Of a DNA stretch of 64,000 bases, positions 53,169 to 62,749 are shown piece by piece. The notes under the pieces were generated by a model. That model searched no databases, was not told the origin of the DNA, and worked only from the letters and a program-made list of their open reading frames with translations. Source of the DNA: Limnospira sp. (GTDB taxonomy: Bacteria > Cyanobacteriota > Cyanobacteriia > Cyanobacteriales > Microcoleaceae); NCBI GenBank assembly GCA_050045915.1, contig JBNGCR010000004.1, positions 1,354 to 65,353 on the forward strand. The letters are read 5' to 3'. Made by a program: the position numbers and the translations under genes. Positions within the stretch are counted from its first letter, which is position 1, and each line of letters starts with the position of its first letter.

Positions 53169-53391
53169 CACCACATCATCCCTAGATGCCTAGGCGGAAA
53201 GGATGATTACAAAAACCTCCAATTGCTGCACCGTCACTGTCACGATGCCAAGACTGCAATAGATGGTAGTCAAAGCAAGAGTCGTACTCATGACAACGAG
53301 ACGACTGAACTAGGAGCCGTGTGAGGTGAAAGTCTCATGCACGGCTGGAGAATGGGAGAGGGAGATGGTAACATCTCTCTCGACCCCTAAT
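53169..53391 (+). mobile_element. 5'-truncated group II intron remnant (HNH endonuclease tail, domain V, domain VI)
   Basis: HHIIPRCLGGKDDYKNLQLLHRHCHDAKT is the En domain of an intron-encoded protein. Domain V: GAGCCGTGTGAGGTGAAAGTCTCATGCACGGCT (53314-53346). Domain VI: GGGAGAGGGAGATGGTAACATCTCTCTCGACCCCTAAT, ending at 53391. Confidence 0.9.
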
Positions 53392-53660
53392 CGATTTTCC
53401 CATCTACCGCCTTTTTGGGGTCAATCCTCAGTCCAATTTAGGGGCGATCGCAGCTTCGATATCGATGTTGCCATCCATCCCATTTCCTTGAAAGTCGGTT
53501 CCGTCCCGGAACGGTCGAGAGAGCCGACCATTAGAAATCACCAATGTTTGGAATTTTATTCCGCCCACTTTCCTTCCTCGTATCGAAAGGCAGAGCGGTT
53601 GCCGAATCTCTCGATTCACGCTCCTCCGGCTCGACTGTTTTGGCGATCAAATAACCCTTT

Positions 53661-55508
53661 ATGAAAATTTTGATTGTAGAAGATGATACTCCGACTATCG
53701 CCCCTTTGGTAGAAGAATTGAAAGCCTATCATTACATCGTCGATCTCGCCGTGGACGGACCGACGGGGTTGGAACTGGCTTTGGATTGGAACTACGATTT
53801 GGTGGTTCTCGACTGGATGCTGCCGGGGATGGATGGGCCGGAAATTTGCCGTCAACTTCGCGCCAAAGGCTTCCAGAAACCCATCCTTCTCCTGACCGTC
53901 CGTAACCTCGACGAGGATATTATTACCGGATTGGATGCGGGGGCCGATGACTTCGTTTCCAAACCCTACAATCCCTCCCAACTTTTGGCGCGAATTCGAG
54001 CGTTGTTGCGGCGGGGAAATGCGCCAGCGAACCCGATCAAGTTGACTTGGGAACGGTTGGAAGTCAATCAGACGGCCGCGGAAGTTCGCTACGGAGAACG
54101 GCGGGTCGCCATCAAGCCCAAAGCTTACAATCTGCTCATCCTTTTTTTACAAAATCCCCAGCGGATTTTCAGCCGTCAAGCCATCATCGATCGCCTCTGG
54201 TCCTTCGACAATGAACCCAGCGAAAATGCGGTCACGAACTTAATTAAAGACCTGCGACGGACGCTCAAGGAAGCCGGGATGCCCGTCGATCCGATCGAAA
54301 CGATCTACGGCATCGGCTACCGGCTGAATTTGCCACCGGCTGAGGGCGCCCCCACTTTGCTGGAGTCCGAGTCCCCGTCCGGATCTCCCCTGACTCGCGT
54401 CGAGCAGACGATCGCCCGATATCGGGATTCTTTCGTCGAACAACTCGACGAGTTGGAGTCGAGCCTCTCGGGTGCGGACTCGAAGTCCCTCGCCGAGCCA
54501 GACCGCCGAAAGGCCCGGGAAATCGCCCACAAGTTGGCGGGGGGGTTGGGTACCTTCGGCTACGAACGCGGCTCGGAATTGGCTCGGGCGATGGAAATCC
54601 ACCTCGGGAGTCCGCACCATACCGCCACGGACTTGGACGATCTCGACGGACACATCGCCCAATTGCGGGAAGAACTCCGGCAACCTCCCCGGCCTCTCAC
54701 CCCCGAACGTAGCGGAGCTTACCATCAAATTCTGCTCATCGACAGCGATCGCGCCGGGGCTGAAGAACTCAAACGGGAGGCGATCGCCTGGAACTTGAAA
54801 ATTGAAGTGGTTTCCACCCCTGCCGAAACCCGAAAAGTCTTGGCGCGATCGCTCCCTGATGCCATCCTCCTCGACCCGAATTTATCCGATCCAGATGAAG
54901 GCGGATTCCACTTGCTCCAGGAACTCTCGGAGCGATTCCCCGACATTCCCATTTTAATTTTCACCTGCGAGGACAATCTCTCGGAACGCATCATGTCAGC
55001 CCGTTTGGGGGCGCGGCGCTTCCTCCACAAACCTATCGCCCCCCAGTCCGTCTTTGAAACCATCGGCCAGGTACTTCCTGAGTTCCAAAGTCCCGATTCC
55101 CGCATCCTGATCGTCGATGACGACCCGGTGAGTTTGGGGATTCTCCACAAAATCCTCGACCCCTGGGGATTTGAGATCGTCGGCTTACAGGAGCCGGATC
55201 GGTTCTGGCAGGTGCTGACCCAAACCCTCCCGGATTTGTTGATTTTGGACTTGCAAATGCCGACTTATACCGGTATCGAGCTGTGCCGGGTCGTCCGCCA
55301 AGATCCGAGCTGGGAAGAACTGCCGATTTTGGTCGTGACCGCCCATCAAGATCCCACGCTGATCGAAAAAGTCTTTGAAGCCGGGGCCGACGATTTTATC
55401 ACCAAACCCATTATTGGCCCGGAACTCGTGACCCGCGCGATCGCCCGGATCGAGCGATCGCACCTGCGACGGCAAGTCAAACAGATGCGACAAGCCCACT
55501 CGAAATGA
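53661..55508 (+). CDS. Multidomain response regulator REC-wHTH-HPt-REC-REC (RcaC-like architecture)
   Basis: VLDWMLPGMDG; OmpR-type wHTH (IETIYGIGYRL); HPt AHKLAGGLGTFG; two further REC domains (LLDPNL, ILDLQMP). Confidence 0.9.
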   Translation: MKILIVEDDTPTIAPLVEELKAYHYIVDLAVDGPTGLELALDWNYDLVVLDWMLPGMDGPEICRQLRAKGFQKPILLLTVRNLDEDIITGLDAGADDFVSKPYNPSQLLARIRALLRRGNAPANPIKLTWERLEVNQTAAEVRYGERRVAIKPKAYNLLILFLQNPQRIFSRQAIIDRLWSFDNEPSENAVTNLIKDLRRTLKEAGMPVDPIETIYGIGYRLNLPPAEGAPTLLESESPSGSPLTRVEQTIARYRDSFVEQLDELESSLSGADSKSLAEPDRRKAREIAHKLAGGLGTFGYERGSELARAMEIHLGSPHHTATDLDDLDGHIAQLREELRQPPRPLTPERSGAYHQILLIDSDRAGAEELKREAIAWNLKIEVVSTPAETRKVLARSLPDAILLDPNLSDPDEGGFHLLQELSERFPDIPILIFTCEDNLSERIMSARLGARRFLHKPIAPQSVFETIGQVLPEFQSPDSRILIVDDDPVSLGILHKILDPWGFEIVGLQEPDRFWQVLTQTLPDLLILDLQMPTYTGIELCRVVRQDPSWEELPILVVTAHQDPTLIEKVFEAGADDFITKPIIGPELVTRAIARIERSHLRRQVKQMRQAHSK

Positions 55509-55626
55509 ATGATAAAAAAAACTCAGGCTCCCATTTTTCCCAACTCACCAGGAATTGTCAAAATTCTCAAGTGTTTGGATTGCTCAGGTCGCTCACGGGT
55601 TTGGGAAGAGAAAACTTCCCACCTCA

Positions 55627-56082
55627 TCGCGTTCCTTAAAGCCGGTACCAGTTCCGTATGGGTAGACTGAGTTACATATCAGGGTCCGAATTTCAAGTTA
55701 GCAACCAAAAATAAGAAACTTATAAATCCGAGGCAAAATTTCCGAAATTTTTGCTGATGGGACTGGCGATTCGAGGGGATAGACAAAAAAAACTCGGCCT
55801 CCCCTTCGCTTGTACTCCCCTAAGATAGATCATATCTGTGGGAGCGTCTGGCGTTGAGAAGGCGAAATGGGTTCCGGGAAAGGATGACTCTCGCCAGAAC
55901 CCTCTCGCACTCCTCAAAGCCGGTACCAGTTCTGTTTGGGTGGGCCGAGTTACATATCAGGGTCCGAATTTCAAGTTAGCAATCAAAAATAAGAAACTTA
56001 TAAATCCGAGCCCAAATTTCCGAAATTTTTGCTGATCGGACCGGCGATTCGAGGGGATTGACACAAAAACTCGGCTTCCCCG
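55627..56082. repeat. 178-bp direct repeat pair (55627-55804 and 55905-56082)
   Basis: Ungapped manual alignment, offset 278 bp, 16 mismatches counted (~91% identity). Confidence 0.92.
55662..55675. promoter_or_regulatory. Possible NtcA box (GTA-N8-TAC)
   Basis: GTAGACTGAGTTAC in repeat copy 1; copy 2 has GTG-N8-TAC. No canonical TAN3T at ~22 nt was found. Confidence 0.3.
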
Positions 56083-56120
56083 CCGTCAACGGACGGGGAT
56101 TCCCAGGCCTCACGATTTGG
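56058..56120 (-). mobile_element. IS605-type right-end remnant overlapping repeat copy 2
   Basis: Minus strand AAATCGTGAGGCCTGGGAATCCCCGTCCGTTGACGGCGGGG closely matches the right end at 36643-36700; the tail ends TGTCAA. Confidence 0.7.
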
Positions 56121-56144
56121 GTTGGGAGTTTCTTTCCCCTGTGA

Positions 56145-56783
56145 CTAACCCTGGGGTTCGGGTGTCGATCGCATCAAAGTCCCGTAACGAGTTCGGAGTT
56201 CTTCGATGGTGTAGAGGGACTCGAACTCGAGTCCGGCTTCCCGGTAGAGTTGCGCCCCCCCCTGGTTGCGATCGACCAAGGCGATGGCGCGATCGACGGC
56301 GTACCCGGCATCCTGCAGCCGTTTCACCGCTTTCAAGGCTGATTGTCCGGTGGTGACGACATCTTCGAGAACCACCACTTGGGCACCGGGGGAGAGTTCT
56401 GGCCCTTCGATGTAAGCCTGAGTCCCGTGTCCCTTGGCTTCTTTGCGGATAATCAGGGCGGGGATGGGGCGATTTTCGTAGGCGGAAATCACGCTGACGG
56501 CGGACACGATGGGGTCGGCACCGAGGGTAAGTCCGGCGACGGCTTCGGTGTCGGGGGGCAGCAAGGCGAACAGTAGGCGGGCGATGGCGACGGCACCGAG
56601 GGGGTGGAGGGTGACTTGTTTGCCGTTAATGTAGTAGGAGCTGCGCTGTCCGGAGGAGAGGACGAAATCTCCTTCCCGATAAGCTCGCTGACAAAACAGA
56701 TCCAGTAGCCAGGGGCGCAGGGTATCCAAGGGGGCTCTCGCCGGATTCAAAGTTGAAGATTGATCGATCATAATGAAGGGCAA
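56145..56783 (-). CDS. pyrE: Orotate phosphoribosyltransferase
   Basis: GDFVLSSGQRSSYY, AGLTLGADP, RKEAKGHGT and VLEDVVTTGQS motifs. Confidence 0.96.
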   Translation of the reverse strand: MPFIMIDQSSTLNPARAPLDTLRPWLLDLFCQRAYREGDFVLSSGQRSSYYINGKQVTLHPLGAVAIARLLFALLPPDTEAVAGLTLGADPIVSAVSVISAYENRPIPALIIRKEAKGHGTQAYIEGPELSPGAQVVVLEDVVTTGQSALKAVKRLQDAGYAVDRAIALVDRNQGGAQLYREAGLEFESLYTIEELRTRYGTLMRSTPEPQG

Positions 56784-56906
56784 ATTGACTGAAGTTGGGT
56801 TGATCGCCCAATCCGATCCTACACCGGCGGGGGAGTTCCCTATCGGTGTTGCATTCTCAGATGGAAAATCAGGTTAAGATTAAACCGATTCATCGAGGTC
56901 AATCCT

Positions 56907-57335
56907 ATGAAGAGAATGTTACGAAGCTTCAGCGGAGTGTTGGGGGTGGCGATCGCCTCGACCGTTTGGGTGGGGGCAGCCCGAGCCCAGGATAATACTC
57001 GCTTCCAACCTTTTGCGGAAGAGTTCAACCGCGCCGCCACCCGCAGTTCCGGGAATGCGTTGAAAAATCAATCGCTGATGAGACAGTTGTCGGTTTTTCT
57101 GGGGGTGAGTTACCCCTGGCCCAACGGTATCAACGGCTTTCCCGAAACCCTGCTCACCGACGATGCCCGACGGTTGAACGATTTGCACCGGGAGGCGATG
57201 CTCGAACAGACGTCGAGCGATCGCGTCATCCGCACCCCCGACCTGATCAACCCCTACAACACGTCCATTCTGACTCAGCCCAGCTTATTGCAGGATACCC
57301 CCGTTGCTCCCGCCGGCGAATTTTTGTACCGCTAG
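56907..57335 (+). CDS. Hypothetical exported protein
   Basis: Signal peptide ending AARAQ; 142 aa; codon usage like neighbouring genes. Confidence 0.7.
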   Translation: MKRMLRSFSGVLGVAIASTVWVGAARAQDNTRFQPFAEEFNRAATRSSGNALKNQSLMRQLSVFLGVSYPWPNGINGFPETLLTDDARRLNDLHREAMLEQTSSDRVIRTPDLINPYNTSILTQPSLLQDTPVAPAGEFLYR

Positions 57336-57374
57336 AATTGAGGCGGGGACTCCATCCCCCGCCGATCGCATCCC

Positions 57375-57566
57375 ATGCCTTTACCACAAAACTTTTATAT
57401 TGTCAAGCGCCCCGCCGGAACCTGCGATATCCTTTCCGGCGATCGGGTCGATCCGAAAACAGAAGACCCCGACATCGTGAAATGCTGGGGTTCGTTCGAC
57501 TCTTCCGGGGAAGCGATCGCCCGCCGGGTGGGGCTGATCCGGGCAGGCCAGTGCCGGCCCCAATAA
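57375..57566 (+). CDS. Small conserved cyanobacterial protein (63 aa)
   Basis: FYIVKRPAGTCDI...WGSFDSSGEAIARRVGLIRAGQC resembles a conserved cyanobacterial small-protein family, recalled from memory. Confidence 0.65.
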   Translation: MPLPQNFYIVKRPAGTCDILSGDRVDPKTEDPDIVKCWGSFDSSGEAIARRVGLIRAGQCRPQ

Positions 57567-57568
57567 CG

Positions 57569-58852
57569 TTACTGGGAAATCGCCGTATCATTTCGGGTCT
57601 TGGCGATCTCCTGGGCGAGCACTTCCAAGGCTTTGGCGTACTGGGGATCGTCGGCGGTGCCGATTTGGTCGCGATTTTCCCGCAGGGTGTCCCGCTGATC
57701 TTCCGTCAGCTCGATGGTCACGTCCGGCACGATCCCCTCGTGGTTGATATCCCGGCCGCTGGGGGTGAAATATTTGGCGATCGTCACGGCCAGACCTGAC
57801 CCCTGACCGACGCCCCGGACGGACTGCACCAGGCCTTTGCCGAAGGTCTTCGTCCCCACCACAACGGCGCGATCGTTGTCCTGCAATGCCCCGGACAAAA
57901 TCTCGCTGGCGCTGGCCGAACCGCCGTCCACCAGAACCACCACCGGCTTGTCCGTCAGCGCCCGATTGTTAGCCCGCTGGCGATCCATTTCCCCCTGGCG
58001 GTTCACCGTCGAGACGATATCCCCCTGCTCCAGCCACATCCGGGCAATTTCGATACTCGCGTAAAGCAGGCCGCCGGGATTCGATCGCAGATCTAAAATG
58101 TAACCCGAGACATTCTGACCTTCAAGATCCTCGATCGCCTCCCGCATTTCCTCCGCCGCGTTGGCGCTGAAGGTGTTGAGGCGGATGTAACCCACCTCTC
58201 CCATCGGCGAATCCTTCTTAGAGTGACGGACCGGGTGAATTTCAATTTTGGCGCGGGTAATGGGAAACTCCATTTCCCGATTTCCCCGCAGGACTTTCAG
58301 CGTCACTTGAGTCCCCACCGGCCCCCGAATCAACTTCACCGCCTCATTAATATCCATCCCCTTCGTGCTGCGGCCGTCGATTTCGGTGATGATATCCTGG
58401 GCTTGCACCCCGGCTTCAAAGGCCGGAGAATCCTCGATGGGCGAAATCACGATCAACTTGTCGGTGTCCTCGTCCTGGGTGAGTTGAATCCCCACCCCCG
58501 TCAGTTCCCCCGACGTGTCGATCTGCATATTCTGGAACTCTTCCGGGTCCATGAAGCGGGTGTAGGGATCATCGAGCTTGTCGAGCATCTCACGGATCGC
58601 TTCGTAGGCTTGTTCGTCGCTGGTGTAGTCCCGGTTGAGATACTCATTGCGGACCTCCTTCCAATCGACTTGGTTAAAGGTCCCGTCAACGTAGTTTTTT
58701 TCAATAATTTGCCAAACTTCATCGATCAATTCCTTCGGGCTTTCCCGAAACGATGCTTGGCTGGAGAGATGTATGCCGGCGCCCGCAACGGCAACAGCGG
58801 TCAGCATCACTGCCGTTGCACCTATGACAAGCCCACTTCTTGATATAATCAT
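57569..58852 (-). CDS. ctpC: S41 carboxyl-terminal processing protease (CtpC-like)
   Basis: LDDPYTRF, PDZ GVGIQL, LDLRSNPGGLL, GGSASASEILSGAL and TFGKGLVQ motifs. The paralogue assignment (ctpC versus ctpB) is from memory of the N-terminus. Confidence 0.8.
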   Translation of the reverse strand: MIISRSGLVIGATAVMLTAVAVAGAGIHLSSQASFRESPKELIDEVWQIIEKNYVDGTFNQVDWKEVRNEYLNRDYTSDEQAYEAIREMLDKLDDPYTRFMDPEEFQNMQIDTSGELTGVGIQLTQDEDTDKLIVISPIEDSPAFEAGVQAQDIITEIDGRSTKGMDINEAVKLIRGPVGTQVTLKVLRGNREMEFPITRAKIEIHPVRHSKKDSPMGEVGYIRLNTFSANAAEEMREAIEDLEGQNVSGYILDLRSNPGGLLYASIEIARMWLEQGDIVSTVNRQGEMDRQRANNRALTDKPVVVLVDGGSASASEILSGALQDNDRAVVVGTKTFGKGLVQSVRGVGQGSGLAVTIAKYFTPSGRDINHEGIVPDVTIELTEDQRDTLRENRDQIGTADDPQYAKALEVLAQEIAKTRNDTAISQ

Positions 58853-58936
58853 GGATCTGCTGAACCGGAAGAGAAGACTGCAAATACTAAGCCCACTGTA
58901 ACACAGAGAATTTGGGTGTGGGGTACGGGGAATTTC

Positions 58937-58965
58937 AATCAGGGCGCCAGGCTTGCGCCCTGATT
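58937..58965. repeat. Perfect 11-bp stem hairpin between ispG and ctpC
   Basis: AATCAGGGCGC-CAGGCTT-GCGCCCTGATT. Confidence 0.7.
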
Positions 58966-59014
58966 TGAGATTTGAGATTTCCCTGGGCTGGGGAGTTTCC
59001 TCCCACGTTATTGA

Positions 59015-60235
59015 TTAAGGATCGACCCAGCGTCCATCGGCTTTGATCAAATTAATCAATTCTTCAACTCCCCGATCTTCGGGAACCTTTTTAATTTCTT
59101 CCCGGCCCCGGTAGAGGGAAATATAGCCCGGTTGTTTGCCGACGTAGCCGTAATCCGCATCAGCCATTTCCCCCGGACCGTTGACGATACATCCCATGAC
59201 GGCGATATCGAGTCCGGTGAGGTGTTGGGTGGCTTCCCGGACTTTGTGGAGGACATCTTCCAAATTAAATAAGGTGCGGCCGCAGGAGGGACAGGCGACG
59301 TACTCCACCATCGTTTTCCGTAGTCCCAGGGCTTGCAGGATGCTGTAACAGACGGGAATTTCCTTTTCCGGGGCCTCGGTGAGGGAGACGCGGATAGTGT
59401 CGCCGATGCCCTCGGCCAGGAGCGTCCCGATGCCGGCGGTGGACTTGATGCGGCCGTATTCTCCATCCCCGGCTTCGGTGACGCCCAGGTGCAGGGGGTA
59501 GTCCATGCCCAATTCGTCCATGCGCTTGGCCATCAGGCGGTAGGCAGCCAGCATGACGGGGACGCGGGAGGCTTTCAGGGAGATGACCAAATTCCGGAAA
59601 TCCAACGATTCGCAGATGCGGATAAATTCTAAGGCTGATTCGACCATACCCTCCGGGGTGTCGCCGTAGGTGAATAGCATCCGTTCGGCGAGGGAACCGT
59701 GGTTGACGCCGATCCGCATGGCTTTGTCCTGGTCGCGCAGGGAAATGACCAGGGGTTTGAGGGTTTCGCGAATTTTTTCGCCGATTTCGTCGAATTCGGC
59801 TTGGGTGTATTCTTGGCGATCGGCTTTCGGCTTTTCAAAGACGTATAATCCGGGGTTGATTCGCACCTTATCGACGGTTTTGGCGACTTCCAGGGCGATT
59901 TTCAGGCCGTTGTGGTGGACGTCGGCGACCAGGGGGACGGGTTGGTAGGTTTCGGCTAATTTTTGCTTGATTTTTTCCACCGCTTTGGCGTGGCCGATAC
60001 TCGGAACCGTGACGCGGACGATTTCGCAGCCCATTTCGTGGAGGCGGCGGATGGAGGCGACAGACCCCTCGATATCCATCGTGTCTTCGTTGATCATGGA
60101 CTGGACTACCACGGGGTGTCCGCCGCCGATGGTGACGTTTCCGACCCGGACGGGGCGGGTTTGGCGGCGGTGAATCACGGTGTCAATGCCGGCGTCGGCG
60201 GGTGTGGGTTGGGTTGGAATGGGCAGGGTTTGCAT
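59015..60235 (-). CDS. ispG: (E)-4-hydroxy-3-methylbut-2-enyl-diphosphate synthase
   Basis: [39 protein letters not shown] and [10 protein letters not shown] motifs. Confidence 0.98.
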   Translation of the reverse strand: MQTLPIPTQPTPADAGIDTVIHRRQTRPVRVGNVTIGGGHPVVVQSMINEDTMDIEGSVASIRRLHEMGCEIVRVTVPSIGHAKAVEKIKQKLAETYQPVPLVADVHHNGLKIALEVAKTVDKVRINPGLYVFEKPKADRQEYTQAEFDEIGEKIRETLKPLVISLRDQDKAMRIGVNHGSLAERMLFTYGDTPEGMVESALEFIRICESLDFRNLVISLKASRVPVMLAAYRLMAKRMDELGMDYPLHLGVTEAGDGEYGRIKSTAGIGTLLAEGIGDTIRVSLTEAPEKEIPVCYSILQALGLRKTMVEYVACPSCGRTLFNLEDVLHKVREATQHLTGLDIAVMGCIVNGPGEMADADYGYVGKQPGYISLYRGREEIKKVPEDRGVEELINLIKADGRWVDP

Positions 60236-60383
60236 GATCTGAAGGTTTTTTGCGGTAGTCGCGTTTTAAATTCGATCGCTCTTTATGATTAGGTTGCCAC
60301 AGATGGGGGACGTGTGGTCACACCGATCGCCGAAATTGTCGAAATTGCTCATAATATTCTCGGAGATTTGCAAACGAGTTTTT

Positions 60384-61220
60384 ATGAGTTTCAAGCAGCC
60401 GGTTCAATCCCCCCCCTATTTCTCGGGATTTGCCCCCCTCCCCGAGGAATTTCGCGGCAAAATCTGGGAACGAGGCGCCCCGTTCTGGTTCCGATCCGAA
60501 TCCGGGTCCGACGGGGTGATTTTGTGCCTGCACGGGTTCACGGCTAGTCCCTTCGAGGTGCGGCCGATCGCCGAAGCCTGTCGGCGGCGGGGGTTTGACG
60601 GCGCGGGGACGCTCTTGCCGGGACACGGCTATGCAAAACTAACCGATCAGAAGTTATTTTTCTCCCGGATGACTGCGGAGAGGATATTGGAGGCGGTGCG
60701 GTCGGAAATTGCCGAGGCGCGATCGCGGTACGATTTTGTGGGCCTATTCGGCCATTCGATGGGGGGCGCGATCGCTTTGCAGATGGCGGCGGAGGGCCGG
60801 GTTGATGCCTGCGCGGTGACGGCTCCGGCTTTAAAATTGCCCCCGAGGGCGGTGTTTTTGTTGGCGCTTTTGGGGCGGTTCAATATTTCTTTGAACACGA
60901 AAGCGCAACGGTTCGACAACCCGATTTATTTGTTTGAAAATACTAAGGCGGGATTGGCGCTGCAACAGTTGGCTCGCACGGCGCGACAAAATTTATCGCA
61001 GATTACCTGTCCGGTTTTTGCCGTTCATTCTCACCGCGATCGCCTGATCGATCCGGTGGTGATGGATTGGGTGCGATCGCAAGTCAACGGGAAGTTAGAG
61101 GTGCGCTGGTTCGACGAGTCCAGCCATGTCATGACGTTGGATGTCAACGGGCCGGAAATTGCTGATGCGATCGCCGATTTTTTCGTCCGGGTAGGTTCGG
61201 GCGATCGGCTTTCAGTTTAG
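60384..61220 (+). CDS. Alpha/beta hydrolase (carboxylesterase / monoacylglycerol-lipase-like)
   Basis: HGFTASP, nucleophile elbow GHSMGG and a catalytic His in SSHVMTLD. ATG at 60384 preferred. Confidence 0.85.
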   Translation: MSFKQPVQSPPYFSGFAPLPEEFRGKIWERGAPFWFRSESGSDGVILCLHGFTASPFEVRPIAEACRRRGFDGAGTLLPGHGYAKLTDQKLFFSRMTAERILEAVRSEIAEARSRYDFVGLFGHSMGGAIALQMAAEGRVDACAVTAPALKLPPRAVFLLALLGRFNISLNTKAQRFDNPIYLFENTKAGLALQQLARTARQNLSQITCPVFAVHSHRDRLIDPVVMDWVRSQVNGKLEVRWFDESSHVMTLDVNGPEIADAIADFFVRVGSGDRLSV

Positions 61221-62536
61221 AGAATCGCGGCTATTTCTCGGGGGGAGTTTTGCCATCTCTTCCCTCGGTTCAATTGACTCCAATTATTTTTCAAGTAATC
61301 CAGCATGACTTCCTTGACGACGGGGACAGTGACGGCATTTCCCAATTGCCGATAGGCGGCAGAATCATCCGGGTGGAGTCGATACCCATCCGGAAATCCT
61401 TGCAACCGGGCACATTCTCTGGGGGTGATTCTCCTCGGCTGATTGTTGGCGACAATTCCCAATCTGTGCGCGTCGGAACTGGTCAAGGTAATCGAAATAC
61501 TTTCGGGATCTAAAAATTTGAACACTTCAAAGGACATATTTCCGCAAACCGGGCTGTATTTTCCGCCCTTTTCTTTGAGGTATTTTTTGTGAAGCAAACC
61601 ATCGATAATCGATGCCAAGTCGGGTTTAAAATAAAAAGTTTTGATTTGTTCTAATGTTAAACTTTTGCCATCTTTGTGGCTCCCAAATGACTTTTTTCTG
61701 CGATTAGCAATCAGTAAATTCATGAAGTTTCTTTCGGCTTCGCTGCACTCGCCTTTAATTCCCAAATGCCAGGAGTGAAGGGAATTTCCGCCCCGGAAGT
61801 CGATCAGCCTGACACCATTTAACTTTTGCCAGTTGCCCCCAATCGCTTTGCCCAACATTTGGGTAAATTCGGCGGAGCAAAAATATTTGCGATCGGCTTC
61901 TTCTTCTAAGATATCTTTGACTGTTTTGAACTGGAAATATTGCCGAAAAAGATTACCCTGAATTCCGATTTGTTTGAAAGCGTGAGAATCCGCCGCCCCC
62001 TTGTCTGATTGCAAAGTCAAGTTGGGCGTTTGTCCTTTCAATCCGAGAAGGTAAATTCTAACTCGATTTTGAGGGACGTTAAAATTGCTGCTATTTAACA
62101 ATAAATAACGGACTCCATATCCCAATTCGGATAAAGCCTTGACGATGGTTTGAAAAGTTCTTCCGCCATCGTGACTGGTCAAACCCCGCACATTTTCTAA
62201 TAAGAAACCTGTCGGATTGTGGGCTTTGATAATTTTCTCAATTTCAAAAAACAACGTCCCGCGAGTGTCGCCAAATCCTTCCTGTTTTCCGGCATAGGAA
62301 AAGGGTTGGCAGGGAAATCCGGCCAAAAGAAAGTCGAATTCTGGAATCTGTTGGATGCTTCTAATATCGCCTTGCGGGTTTTCGCCAAAATTCAAATTAT
62401 ATGTCTCGCAAGCTTTGGCATCAATTTCGGAACTGAGGACGCAACGACAATCAATCCCCAACTCCTGACAGGCGGCTTCCAAACCCAGACGCATACCGCC
62501 GATGCCGGCAAACAGATCGATAAATTTAATCATCAT
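61217..62536 (-). CDS. dcm: C5-cytosine DNA methyltransferase (apparently solitary)
   Basis: FIDLFAGIGG (motif I), AGFPCQPFS (IV), LENV (VI), QNRVRIY (VIII), RECARLQGFP (IX) and YRQLGNAV (X), with a long variable region. Confidence 0.93.
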   Translation of the reverse strand: MMIKFIDLFAGIGGMRLGLEAACQELGIDCRCVLSSEIDAKACETYNLNFGENPQGDIRSIQQIPEFDFLLAGFPCQPFSYAGKQEGFGDTRGTLFFEIEKIIKAHNPTGFLLENVRGLTSHDGGRTFQTIVKALSELGYGVRYLLLNSSNFNVPQNRVRIYLLGLKGQTPNLTLQSDKGAADSHAFKQIGIQGNLFRQYFQFKTVKDILEEEADRKYFCSAEFTQMLGKAIGGNWQKLNGVRLIDFRGGNSLHSWHLGIKGECSEAERNFMNLLIANRRKKSFGSHKDGKSLTLEQIKTFYFKPDLASIIDGLLHKKYLKEKGGKYSPVCGNMSFEVFKFLDPESISITLTSSDAHRLGIVANNQPRRITPRECARLQGFPDGYRLHPDDSAAYRQLGNAVTVPVVKEVMLDYLKNNWSQLNRGKRWQNSPREIAAIL

Positions 62537-62749
62537 TCAAGAACTCCTTAATAAAATTACCAAATCCCTTAAATTCTGATCGACCCGATTCTTTGTTATC
62601 TTTAAATATAGTACAATTTAATTGAGTCCGGGAGCGGGTTGAAAATTTTAAAATTATTAATTTTTTTTAATTTTGGTCACCCGATCGCTCAAAATTTGCT
62701 AAGATCAGTTCGGATAACTTTGCAGACCACAAGCGACCTCAATCGAATC

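Noticed and set aside
55838-56035. 65-aa ORF with LLKAGTSSVWV as a Uma2-type nuclease fragment
   Set aside because: The resemblance covers only ~10 residues, copy 1 has a stop, and no PD-(D/E)xK motifs are present. Kept only as an alternative in the repeat finding.
55627-56082. CRISPR interpretation of the direct repeats (also considered for 47966-48128 and 48200-48244)
   Set aside because: Only two long copies, or coding microsatellites. No 25-45-nt repeats with regular unique spacers and no cas genes.
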